Part shown: positions 22,841 to 34,735 of the stretch, one piece after another
Layout: the number at the start of each line of letters is the position of its first letter
Position numbering within the stretch: the first letter of the stretch is position 1
From: Squalus acanthias
Lineage: Eukaryota
Assembly: GCA_030390025.1 (NCBI GenBank)
Contig: CM059431.1
Location: forward strand, 127,598,001-127,662,000
DNA: 64,000 nt
Direction of reading: 5' to 3'
The notes under the pieces: model-generated
What the model was told of the DNA's origin: nothing
Databases searched by the model: none
Seen by the model: the letters and a program-made list of their open reading frames with translations, nothing else
Program-made: the position numbers and the translations under genes

Positions 22841-25523
22841 GGTTGAGATGTGATGCCCCCCAAAAATCATTGGCATTCATTGTCAGGACTCACACATGAT
22901 CAATGGCCACTTGGGCCAGGTAGTGGTAGGTAAACCATGAGGCTGTGCTATAAGGGAGTCAATGCCTTCATTAGTATAGCCAGGCATGATGGCACTGAAA
23001 TGAATTAAGGCTGAGTGAGAGTTTGGCATAGGTCAGCAGTAAATACGAAACAAGTTGACAGGAAAAACATTTTTGGAATGCATATTTGAGTCAACTATCA
23101 GTTAAATGCTACTGTTGGATTGTTTTACCTTGGCAGCTTTCTTATTACACGCCATCTTCTTTCATATCTATTCCCAAGTCCTGCGGGTAGTAGCACAACT
23201 TTGACTTTACTCATCACTCTTTGTCAGGCATGCTGCATGACTGTTCACTGGCGAGGGTAGCTGGAGTGCCCTGCATCCACATCATACACCAGCAACCCCA
23301 CTTCAAACAGGGGGTGCTGTGCCACTTCATCATATGACCAAAACTTAATTTGCTGCCTCCACATTTATTTTTCCTTCCCTTGGATTTTGTCAGACACTTT
23401 GGGGAAGAACGTTAACATAATTTTGCCCAATTTCTGGGCAAAAAATGAAGGATAGGGGAACGAATTTCCCGCGCCCAATCTGACCTGGAGTGCACAGGCT
23501 GCCAAATCGTAAGCCGATGACTTCTAGGTGTGTAAGGCGTGTGCTTGAAACAGGTGTTAGGAAACCTAACGCCAGTTGTAGGACCTCGGTTGAAATTTGA
23601 CTAGAAGTGGATGGAACTTGCGCCATTCATGCTCTGTCCAGTTATTACAGACAGTGAGCGGCCTAGCCAGCAGTCCTTAAAAGGAGAACACTGAAAAAAA
23701 AAACAGGAAACATTTGAATGGTTAATATATACACCCACACAAATAAATGGTTTACTTACACGTTGTATTTAGAAGAGTTGTTAGGATGACATTCCACCTA
23801 TAGAACTTGTATTAAATCCTACTGGCAGGTGCAAGAAGTGAACAAAGGTAGGCCATATTTCCCCTTCCTTTCAAACATTGACCAAAAACACAAGTGCATC
23901 CGATTGCAAGCTAAAAAAAGGTTTGCGAGTCATCTATCGATCGCCAGTTTACAGTAACACAATTTAAAGATTTAAGAAGATACCACATTATCAGTTGTTT
24001 TGTTTTATTTCTTTCACATTTATTACATAAGTCTCACACAACCTCTTTATTGTCCTGCTGATGTTTTGCAGAAGACCTTTACACACTGGGCTCCTGTTGG
24101 ACAGAGCGAGTAATGTGAAGCCAGCAAGCTCAGTGGAAGCACAAATTCACTAATTGAAAATGACAATCCTTCCACACAACTGTGCAGATGAGGTACTACT
24201 AGGCCTTTCCAATGTGATGAATTCAAGAACTAAAGAAAGGAGAAAGGATTATAACTGAAACAGAAACAAGACTGCAGTCAGAGATGATAATGGGTGAAAA
24301 GAAAAGGAAGCAACAATACCCTCAGGCCACCAGGTGCTGGCACAGTAATATAAAAACTTTAAATGTTTTTAGTGAAAAATGGCTAATCAACATACAATAT
24401 TCAGTTTACTTGTCATGAACTCTATGAATTTTAATTAATGGGCTATTGGTAGCGCATACCTGAAGTCCAGATATGTCCTCGCAGTGCACAAAGCTGCCCA
24501 GGCACACTAAAGGCAGAAATCTACCCCTATCTCATTTATATAGTTCTGCAGAATTTTGCTCTGATCCCCAAAGATAATCAAATAAAATGTCAAAACACTT
24601 CTCATCTTATAACTCTTATTATATGGTATCTAACCCTAGACACTTGCTTTTCACAGTTGACATTTCCATTGTTCAGCAGCACAAAAGCTATCATGTTCCA
24701 AGGAGTATTTATTCATCTTTATCTATGTTTTTCCATGTAGCCTTCAATCCCATTCCTAACCACGTATTCATTCAACTTTTTAAGGATCTCATCCGTATCA
24801 GTTTCCAACAATAAAAAACAACTTATGTATGCATAGTACCTTTACTGTAGTAAACACGCTAAGATACTTCATACTTCACAAAGACAAAATGGACAACAAA
24901 TGGTAGAAGAAGAGTTGGGAGAGATGAACAAATAAAGGCTTTAAGGAAGCTTTTATTGTGGGGAAAGAAGTAGTAAGGCAGAGAGGTTTAGGAAGGGATT
25001 TCTACATGGAGCTAGGGAAGGTGCAGGGATAGGGTGGCTTTGTAAATGGTCTCAAGGATTTTAGAATCAATGGCCCCTATATTAACATGCAGGCGGCTTC
25101 CGAGAAGGGGGTGGAATTGTGCGGGCGAAACCTGTAACACTGTCATGGTAAACTTAACTAAACCTAAAAGTGACTAAATGTACCGACAAGCTTTGAGGGC
25201 AAGAAACTGCTTGGCTAAAATATTTGTAAAATAAGTGATGTGTTGGTACTTTTCCTTCAAAAGATAAGATCTTGAAAATTCTGTGAGAACCACGAGTCAA
25301 CAACCCTGCAGATGTGAAAAACAACAACTCTCTCCAATCATTGAATGTCTGGCCTTGGTTAACTAAGCATCAAAACAGATAAATGTGAGAAGTCGCACAA
25401 CACCAGGTTATAGTCCAATAGTTTTATTTGAAATCACAAGCTTTCGGAGCACTGCTCCTTGGTCAGGTGAAGTGAAGAGATGTATATCGGCACAGCATAT
25501 ACGCCGATATACATCTCTTCACT

Positions 25524-25560
25524 TCACCTGACGAAGGAGCAGCGCTCCGAAAGCTTGTGA
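25524..25560 (+). ncRNA. Minimal type I hammerhead ribozyme motif
   Basis: TCAC-CTGACGA-A-GGAGC agc GCTCC-GAAA-GCTT-GTGA: stem I, conserved core, stem II and a palindromic AGCT in place of stem III. Confidence 0.75.
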
Positions 25561-25578
25561 TTTCAAATAAAACTGTTG

Positions 25579-26479
25579 GGGGGAAAAATTCAGTTGGTTG
25601 CGCCTCCCGTTAGCGCCTTAAGAGGGCGCTAATGGGGCGCAAAGCATCTAGCGCCCAGGCACGGCGAAGTTTGTGCCGCTCGCGAAATTAACTAGACATT
25701 TTGCGGTGGCGCTAAACACTACCGCCACGATCTCTTGCGCCGGCAGATCGTGACGTCAGTCGAGTGCGCAATGCCCCGGTATCGCCCCGGAGCGGATATT
25801 GAGTGGCGCCCCCTGCCTTACCGCCTGACGCTAGCAACGACAGGTTGAGGGGAGCGTTCTGCAGTCATGAAGGGAAAGGAGGAGCGCTATTTAAAGGTGA
25901 CCGCTTCCTGCCTTTTATTGTTGGTGCCATTTTTGAACTACGCATTCTGAGAGAGAGAGAGAGAGAGAGAGAGACTTCTGGAGAGATTCAACATTGTGTG
26001 AAGGAGTTTTGGGTACTGAGCAGCACTTTGCAATTTCATTTTGATTTGCCATTCCTTGTATCGATTTAGAAGAGACTGTGGGGGCTGCACTCTGAGCTCT
26101 TTGCCTGGTACTCTCCATTGTTCTTTCCAGCAGATTTGATGTGCAGGTCTCTCCAGGCCGAGATTCAAGGCTGCAATGAGCAGGATGTGGATGGAAAGCA
26201 AGATTAACCATCCCCTTTAAGAACTGGCCCGTGCCATTGTGTGTGTGTTCCATTGCTGACTGACATCACATGAGCTTCGCCAGCGCTCTGAGGTAGCACC
26301 TCGCTCCTCGGCCTTTGCGACTTAAGACAGGTGTGAAGCGCCTGATTTAGCGCTCCAATCACCTCCAGGGGCGATAAAAGTCAAGTTTGCAGTCGGTGGC
26401 GATAATTAGCGCCAGGCGCTAATCTTTGCGCCCGGCCGATAATTGCGCCCCAAATGGGGCGATACTGAATTTCTCCTCC
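25579..26479 (-). mobile_element. PIF/Harbinger-type MITE, family A, copy 2
   Basis: Reverse complement of 2603-3426; TSD TTG. Confidence 0.88.
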
Positions 26480-27141
26480 TTGGACTATAACCTGGTGTTG
26501 TGCGACTTCTCACATTTGTCCACCCCAGTCCAACACCAGCATCTCCACATCATCAAAACAGATAGGAAGAGAGAGAGAGAGAGAAAAACAACATTATCCA
26601 CACAGTTTGGGACATGAATGCTGTGGCCGAGTTGCCAAGTTTTGGGGTATAAGTGTTATTGAACACTGACATTCGGGGCTATAGTCGATGGTGATCTGGT
26701 CAGTTACCAGTTAAAGTCATACGTCTAGTCATCGTTGAATTGACCTCTCATCTGGTGAATAGTATGTATGTGGTTTTGCTTATAATCGCCTGAGCTTAAA
26801 GTAAATTATTTTAGATGCTTGCTTGTAATAAGTACATGAGTTGAGTACAGTTTGTATTCTGGTAATTACTTGTAAGCTCTTGTTGATTTTTAAGTAAAAG
26901 AAGTTTCACAGATTCATTGGGTTTTGTGTTTACTGTTCCACAGGTCTGAACTCTATAAACTGTCAGACAATCAGAATGTCTTACAAACCCGGAGTCACCA
27001 GAGCGGGTCAGATTCTGCAATCTCAACTCAAGTGAACCAATTCATTTCGACTTCTGGGTTTTGCCTCTCCAAGCTGCGCAGTGGGAATGATGTGCACCCG
27101 CATGAGACGTTGTCAGCTGTATTTAAAGGGATATTGCACAA

Positions 27142-28915
27142 ATGGAAACTGGAGGTGTTCAGGCTGGATGGTGGACCCAGATTTAATGATGGCTCACTGG
27201 AATTGCTGTTGGGAGCAGTCAGGAACAGGAGGGACAGACTTTTCCCCAGCAATGGGAGGAAGAAACCTGTGGCTCTCACCATGAAGGCTTGGTTGGAGGT
27301 AGCTGAGGAGGTGAGCAGCAGGAGCGTTGTGCCCAGTTCTTGGATACAATATAGGAAGTGGTTTAATGACCTAACCAGGTTAGGAAAAGTGAGTACATTT
27401 GCTGATTCAACTACGTCTTGTGGTCAAAACACCCGCATTCTTTCACTCAATCTTCCTAAGCATTCTCCATCACATCACTCCTCACACCCACTCAACTTCC
27501 AGCAACACCCAGCCTTCACTTTCTATGCATTTCATCACCTCCCCATTCATCTATCCACATTGCCACTCACCCCAATCCTTATGCAATGTGATGTATCTGT
27601 ATCAAAGTCACCCTCACCGAATGCACTGCATCCATCAGGTGAATACCTCACCTTCACTCACTCACAGGTCTGTTTTTTCACCCCTTGTAGGAGAAGAGAG
27701 CACAAAACACAAGGGAAAGGGAGAGAACTGGAGGTGGCCCACCACAAATAGTCCAGCTCACAGAGGAGGAGGAGGCCCTAGAGATAAGTGGCATATCCCT
27801 CTCAGTCAGAGATGGAGAGAAAGGAAGATCGCAGATAGCTAGTGACAGAATTAGAAATATCTCTGATACACATATGCTGACTTCATTTCATCAATGACTG
27901 AACGATGAGAAGACTGAGTACGGTGATTGCCAAGATTGTGACTTTGCCACGACTAAATCATATTCCTTTCTTTTGTCTTGCAGGGCCTTCATGCATACAG
28001 CAAGTGTCACAGGATATCCATGAGGACGATTCGTCAGAGGACCTCATTCCTTCTGAGGGTGCACCGTCACAGGATGTACAGCCATGCACCAGCACAAATA
28101 CTCACACCTCGGTGGGTCCACTTAGACAGTTGGGATTTCACCTGGTGTTTCACATCTCACAAGTGAGCATGAACAGACACTGGTGGCAAGGACAGTTGTG
28201 GAGTCTGCAACGGGGGGCGCAATCCTCTCCAATCTCTGCTCAGCTGGACACAGATGCTGAATCCCGGGGGCTATCATTGAGAAGGAGAATGCTCAAGGTG
28301 CAACTTAGCCAGACGTGCCACCCACACTCTCCATAATAACGGCAAGGAAAGAGGAGTCCAATGTGATCGCTAGTGGATTGGTGGCGCAGGGAATTGTGAG
28401 AATATCTGTCATGGAGAGAGTAGCCGCCTCCATGGAGCTTCAAGCACAGCTCTCAACTGAGTCGATGCAGGCATGATCACGGCCAGCAGACTTTGGATGC
28501 CACCTTAAACAGGATGACAGATATCATAACTATGGTCTTACACCGCATCACAGATCTCCACCAAGCTGGTCTGCAGCTGAGTGATAGGACTGATGCGACG
28601 CTGGCCCAGGAGACGGGATGATGGTGAGAGGGGGCTCCCACTTCTCGTCCGTTGCCTCACCTCCTTCCCTCTCATGTCCCCAGCCAGTATCCAACATTCT
28701 GCCTCGTCTCCCGATGGCCAAGTCTGCCCCTGCACAAGTGCAGGTAGAGAAGTCTCTGGTGGGGCCTTCAGGGGCTCCAAAAGCCAGAGGGCGTAGGCCA
28801 AAAGCATCTCAGCAGTGAGGGCAGGGTTCTGAGCAGCCTGCCTCGACCTCTGCTGAAGCCATGTGAGATGTACCACATAGAAGTGGTAGGAAGCCTAAGG
28901 TCAAGAAATTTTATT
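27142..28915 (+). pseudogene. Harbinger Myb/SANT-like DNA-binding protein, three exons
   Basis: PRFNDGSLELLLGAV..AWLEVAEEV..QYRKWFNDL; donor GTGAGT at 27389; acceptor at 27690 before EKRAQNTRERERTGGG; acceptor at 27983. Confidence 0.82.
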
Positions 28916-29193
28916 CACCAAGGTTATACACATGGGTGTTTCACAAAATGTCATGTTGTTAATTTTCATTATTTTATAATCCCACATAAAATTAATTGAT
29001 TAGCACCACTTCCACATCTTGCCCATTATTGCGTCCTCAGTGCCAACTTGACCTTTTACTTATTTCATGATGAATTTCAATACACGACGTGACACATTGA
29101 ACGGTTGTGCAATGGGGGAATGAGTGGCTGAAGGATGGGTGGTGGTCTTGGTGTTAGGGGCGGATCACAGGATTTAATTTCCTGTGTTTTACA

Positions 29194-30460
29194 CTAGTTG
29201 AACCTTTGCGATATTAGGGCATCCATGGCATCCCAGGCAGCAATGTAAGCGGCTAGTCTGGCGATGGGGGCACCATCTTCATCCTCCTCCTCCTGCTCCT
29301 CTATATTCTCCTCAGTCAAAGATGAGTGATGAGCGTCTTTGTCCTCCACCACCTGCAGTTCTCTCTGCTGCGCAATGTTGTGCGGGATGCAGCACACCGC
29401 TATCATTCTTGAAATCCTCACTGGCGAGTACTGAAGGGTGCCTCCAGACCTATCTAGGCACTTGAAGCGCATCTTCAACATTCCGATGGCTTGCTCTATG
29501 ACACACCTGGTGGTCAGGTGGCTCTCGATGTAGCGTTCCCGCACCTCATTGGTAGGTTCCTCACACGTGTCATGAACCAAGTTTGAAGGGGTTCCCTTGT
29601 CTCATACGATTTAGCCTTTTCCTGGAACAAAAACGTCTGGGATGTTGGACTATGAACTATGAAGGCATCATGACAGCTTCCAGGGAATCTGGCGCAGGCC
29701 TGCATGAACCTCTTCTTGTGGTTGCACACCAGATGTGCAGTGATGGGCGAATATTCCTTGCGATTTATAAAAACTCCTGGTTGCTGTGGTGATGCTCCGA
29801 TTGCCACGTGTGTGCATTCGATGGCATCTCGTACCTGTGGGAATCCAACCAGAGAGGCGAATGCGAGTGCCCGTTCATTCTGGCTATTTTCATCACAGAG
29901 GAAATTTACAAAATTGTCGGCCCTGGCAAACAAGCCATCAGTGATCTGCCTTGTGCATTTATGTGCAGTCGACTGGGAGATCCTGGATATGTCTCCAGTA
30001 GCACCCTGAAAGGATTCGGAGGCTATAAAATTGAGGCCGATGGTCACTTTCACAGCCACTGGTAATACGTGGTCACCAGGTCCAGCAGGGAGCAGGTCTT
30101 CCTCTAGGAGGCTGCAGATGTCTGCCACCACCTGACGTGACAACCTGAGCCTCTTCCGAGAGGTCAAGAAAGCTGAGCTTGTGTCTGTAAACCATGTGTC
30201 CCTCCTGCGACCTCAGCCCCTCTCCTGTGCACCTCTCTCATTTGCACCTCTCTCCTATGCACCTCTCTCCTGTGCACCTCTCTCCTGTGCACCTCTCTCC
30301 GTGTACCTCTCTCTTGCGCACCTCTCCCCTGTGCACCTCTCTCCGTGTACCTCTCTCTTGCGCACCTCTCTCCTGTGCACATGCTGATCATCGCTGCCGT
30401 GAATGGTGATGTTTTTCCTCTTCGGATGTGCTGTCAAACACATCTAACGCGCCTTCCATC
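29194..30460 (-). pseudogene. Harbinger (HARBI1-like) DDE transposase
   Basis: [56 protein letters not shown], acidic tail; frameshifted. Confidence 0.9.
30219..30381. repeat. Tandem array of about 15-bp units (CCTCTCTCCTGTGCA) in the transposase 5' region
   Basis: About ten imperfect copies visible directly. Confidence 0.9.
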
Positions 30461-30816
30461 CAGATGTCAGTTTGAAAGCCTCCAAGGTTGAAAAAACAAG
30501 CACTCTCTGCCAAACGTTTGCCAGAGGGAACTGAGACATCAGCTGTAATAAGTGAGCTTTTATTCAGATGGGACAATGACAAGCTTAAATACCCACCTGA
30601 ACTGCGGCTCAAACTCGCTTCTGTTTCCCTGGTCAGTTTCCTGAGCCCCGGGAAACCCAAGCTGCACAAATTAAAATTAGAGCGAAGTTAAATTCAATTT
30701 CAAAAGACCACATTCATGTCTCCGAAGGACATTAATTGGACCAATGTCCCGCCCGCATCCAAACACTCCTCAGTTAAACCTGAAAATCGGCACGTTGGAG
30801 ATGGGTTACACTCAAT

Positions 30817-31689
30817 GGGGGAAAAATTCAGTTGGTTTGCGCCTCCCGTTAGCGCCTTAAGAGGGCGCTAATGGGGCACAAAGCAACTAGCGCCCGGGCG
30901 CGGCGATATCTGCGCCTCTCGCGAAATTGACCGGACATTTTGCAGCGGCACTAAACACTACCGCCACGATCTCCTGCGCTGGCAGATCGTGACGTCAGTC
31001 GAGTGCGCAACGCCCCGGTAGCACCCCGGAGCGGATATTGAGTGGCGCCCCCTGCCTTACCGCCTGCTGCAAGCAACGACAGGTTGAGGGGAGCGTTTTG
31101 CAGTCAGGAAGGGACCGGGAGAGCGCTATTTAAAGGTGAACGCTTCCTACCTTTTTATGTTGGTGACATTTTTGCACCACACATTCTGAGAGAGAGGGAG
31201 AGAGACTTCTGGAGAAATTCAATGCTGTGTGAAGGAGTTTTGGGTACTGAGCAGCACTTTGCAGGTTCATTTTGATTTGCCCTTCCTTGCATCTATTTAG
31301 AAGAGACTGTGGGGGCTGCACTCTGAGCTCTTTCCCTGGTACTCTCCATTGTTCTTTCCAGCAGATTTGATGTACAGGTCTCTCCAGGCCGAGATTCAAG
31401 GCTGCAATGAACAGGATGTGGATGGAGAGCAAGATCAACCCTCCCCTTTAAGAACTGGCCGGCGTCATTGTGTCTGTGTTCCATTGCTGACTGACATCAC
31501 ATTAGATTCACCAGCGCTCTGAGGTAGCGCCTTGCTCCTCGGCCTTTGCACCTTAAGACAGGCTCCAATCACCTCCAGGGGCGATAAAAGCCAAGTTTGC
31601 AGTCAGAGGTGATAATTAACGCCAGGCGCTAAACTTTGCCCACAGCTGATAATTGCGCCCCAAACAGGGCGATACTGAATTTTTCCCCC
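30817..31689 (-). mobile_element. PIF/Harbinger-type MITE, family A, copy 3
   Basis: TIRs GGGGGAAAAATTCAG / CTGAATTTTTCCCCC; TSD AAT. Confidence 0.88.
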
Positions 31690-34516
31690 AATGTGTTTCA
31701 AGAACTGGGAGCCAATGGAGGTCAGCAAGGACAGGTGATGGGAGAAAAAGATTTAGACCTGAATTTTCTGGGGTCCATGTGGGCGCAATGGGGCGCTGGT
31801 CAGGTGGGAAATTTGAAATAAGTTGGAGTGGGTCGGGAACCCGCCATCATCCCACCCCCATTGCGCCTTTCCCTCGGGCACGTTTGCCGGTGCATCAGCA
31901 ATGCGAACGGCAGATGCGGGTGAACTAATTCAAATGATTATCAGCTTGTTGTCAGACTCTTAAGCTCCTTTTTCAGCCTACCTTTCAAATTTCCCTACAT
32001 GACTACAGGCTTCACACAGCTCGGGAACCACCTCTGTCAAACTGAGGCGGGAGTTGAGTGGCCATTGCTCCAGCTGATTAGTTGACAGTATGAAATGTAG
32101 TATAAAAGTTCCCACCTCACAGTTGATCACTTTCCTCAGGCAGAAGCTGTTGCTGACTGCATTCCCCGCACAGATTTAGCTTTCTAGAGGCTGCAAGTGT
32201 TTCCAGCAAAGTCGCCATCCAGTCTCACTTCTTTCGTAGAACCTATCACACCATTGACAGATTGCTTCTGTCGTCACTACTTGGCCTGCCTTCCATTACA
32301 TAAGCGTGGGTGCCATTTATACTGTCTCACCTTGGTCCTCAGAATCGTACCACGATGAGCCCCAACACCAGCAGCACCAACAACAACACCACCAACCTTC
32401 TCCTCATCCACCTGATGCTGCACAGGACAGAGGGCATCAGCGCAGGACTGCACCGCGCAGGAGGTGATACCCCCAACACAGGGTATACAGGCAGAGGATG
32501 AGCTTCATCAACATGACAGGGATGACAGGAATGGCAGGACAGCTCAGTCTAGCGGAGTGCACATCCTGTGGCATGTGGAAAGTCATGGACGCTTCGCGTT
32601 GCATGGAGGACTACATGTGCACTAAGTGTCACCAGTTGCAACGACTCGAGCGACGGTTTACGGAGCTTGAGCGGCAACTGGAGTCACTGTGGTGCATCCG
32701 CGAGGCTGAGAACTACATGGATAGCACATTTAGTGAGGTGGTCACCCCGCAGCCTAAGAGAGTGTGGACAGAGAGCAAGTGGGTGACCACCAGACAGAAG
32801 AAGACCAGGCAGGCAGTGCAGGAGGCCCCGGAGGGCATCTCGCTCTCCAACCGGTATTCTATTCTGAGTACTGGTGGGGGCGATGGTCCCTCTGATGAGT
32901 GCAGTCAGAGCCAAGTCCTCAGCAGCACGGGTGGCTCCGCTGCACAGGGGGGGAGGAAAAATAGTGGAAGAGCAATATTGGTAGGGGATTCAATAGTGAG
33001 GGGAGCAGACAGGTATTTCTGCGCCGCAGTCGTGACTCCAGGATGGTATGTTGCTTCCCTGGTGCCAGGGTCAAGGATGCCATCGAACGACTGCAGAGCA
33101 TTCTGGGGGGGAGAGGGTGAACAACCAGATGTCGTGGTCCATATCGATACCAATGACATAGGTAGAAAGAGGGATGAGGTCCCGCAGGCAGAGTTTAGGG
33201 AGCTAGGAGTCAGATTAAAAAACAGGACCTCAAAAGCAGTAGTCTCTGGATTACTCCCGGTGCCACGTGCTAGTGAGTCAAGAAATAGGAGGATAGAGCA
33301 GATGAATGCGTGGCTGGAAGGATGGTGCAGGAGGGAGGGCTTTAGATTCCTGAGACATTGGGACCATTTCTGGGGGAGATGGGACCTGTATAAGCCGGAC
33401 AGGTTGCCCCTCAACATAGCCGGGACCAATATCCTCACCGGAGGGGTGGGGGGGGGGGCGGGGGCGGGTGTAGGGTGTTTTTGCGTGTCCCGTGTTTCTA
33501 TGACTCTCCCTTGAGTCGACCCGTGCCACAAAAACTCCCCGGTTTGGGTTGTTTCCCTTGGACGGCAGGAGCTTACAACAATAGTCCCTGCCCAGCCCGT
33601 CGATTAGCGGGTTATCCCACAGAGAGAGAGAGACCAAGGCCAGATAGGTCTTCTCCTATGCCCGATGCGCAGCGTCCCCAGCGGGATTACTGTGTAACCC
33701 GGCCGTGACCGGATGCCACCCGGTTGGTCTTCCGAATTATACCGCGAACCACAAGCCCCACAACCCCCAAGTTCGGACCCAAGGAGTTACTATGGATAGA
33801 TTATAAATGATTCAGACAAAATGAAACGGTTCAGGTTGGTCAAAGATCAATTCCTTTTATTACTCTCACAAAAACGACAATCCCTACTCCTCTCGCTTAC
33901 GGCAGAACGAGGAGGTGACCGTGGACACTAGCTTATAACTTTAGACTAAAATACGCCCGAACCAACCCCTTCCCAGAATCTAAGCCTAGATAATGGAAAA
34001 ACCCTTCTAACTAAACCCCTCTCCCGGTTTGGTCAGAACCCACACTTGGAAGCCTCCTCACACACACACACATGCTAGCCTGCGTCTTGGACACTTGCAG
34101 TTCCTCAGCAGCCAAACACGCGGGCGGTCCTGGGGATTTCTTGAGGTGTATGCTGGATATAATTACCAGCGCTTGTCGTTGATTCACGCGGTCCCGGCTC
34201 CATTCGAATCCAGAGATAAAACCGAGCCTAACAGAGGCATGCGATGAGGCCTAGAGCGTTACGTTCAGACGGTACGACAAGGCACTCACTTCGGGCGTTC
34301 CTGGAGAGTTGACGGACGCGTGGTTATGTGGAGAACCCCGTTATAGATGGTAGAGAAAAGCAAGCAAGCAAGCATCCCCAAAGTTCAGCATGTTTATACC
34401 CCGCGCAATACACAAAACTTGCTGGGCGATTCCTGGTTACCATGGTCGCAGAGATGCTAGTTGGCCTTCCTGGTGATGTCTTTGTCCTGGATTAGTCATC
34501 ATGAAGAAAACAATGG

Positions 34517-34735
34517 AAAAACTCAGCAGGCCAGGCAGCATCCGTGGAGAGAGAAACATAGTTAACGTTTCAGGTCGAAGACCTTTCGTCAGAACTCCCA
34601 GTTCTGATGAAAGGTCTTCGACCTGAAACGTTAACTCTGTTTCTCTCTCCACGGATGCTGCCTGGCCTGCTGAGTTTTTCCAGCATTTTCTGCTGTTATT
34701 TCGGATTTCCAGCATCCGCAGTATTTTGCTATTGT
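34517..34735. mobile_element. Palindromic Penelope-like insertion (same family as 1741-1974)
   Basis: Inverted repeat centred near 34597; 15-bp TSD TGAAGAAAACAATGG (34502-34516, 34736-34750). Confidence 0.82.
34600..34636 (+). ncRNA. Minimal type I hammerhead ribozyme motif (mirror copy on - at about 34559-34596)
   Basis: AGTT-CTGATGA-A-AGGTC ttc GACCT-GAAA-CGTT-AACT; the minus-strand copy has CTGACGA. Confidence 0.75.

Larger units (their letters stand above)
25382..26550. mobile_element. Palindromic Penelope-like insertion, interrupted by MITE-A
   Basis: Long inverted repeat centred near 25500; TSD CATCAAAACAGATA (25368-25381, 26551-26564); same termini as the GIY-YIG-bearing copy at 56988-57777. 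Confidence 0.85.
26980..30813. mobile_element. PIF/Harbinger transposon with convergent Myb/SANT and transposase genes (ends not resolved)
   Basis: Myb gene on + and DDE transposase on -, tail to tail. Confidence 0.8.

Noticed and set aside
23690..23800. Minus-strand splice-like signals suggesting a small host exon (also 20273-20382)
   Set aside because: All frames hit stops quickly and no protein similarity is recognisable; cannot be supported without transcripts.
30219..30381. CRISPR-like array
   Set aside because: Tandem repeats without unique spacers, in eukaryotic transposon context.
32498..33514. 338-aa ORF as a novel gene
   Set aside because: Chimera of Harbinger transposase codons, CR1 ORF1 with internal frameshifts and the LTR edge.
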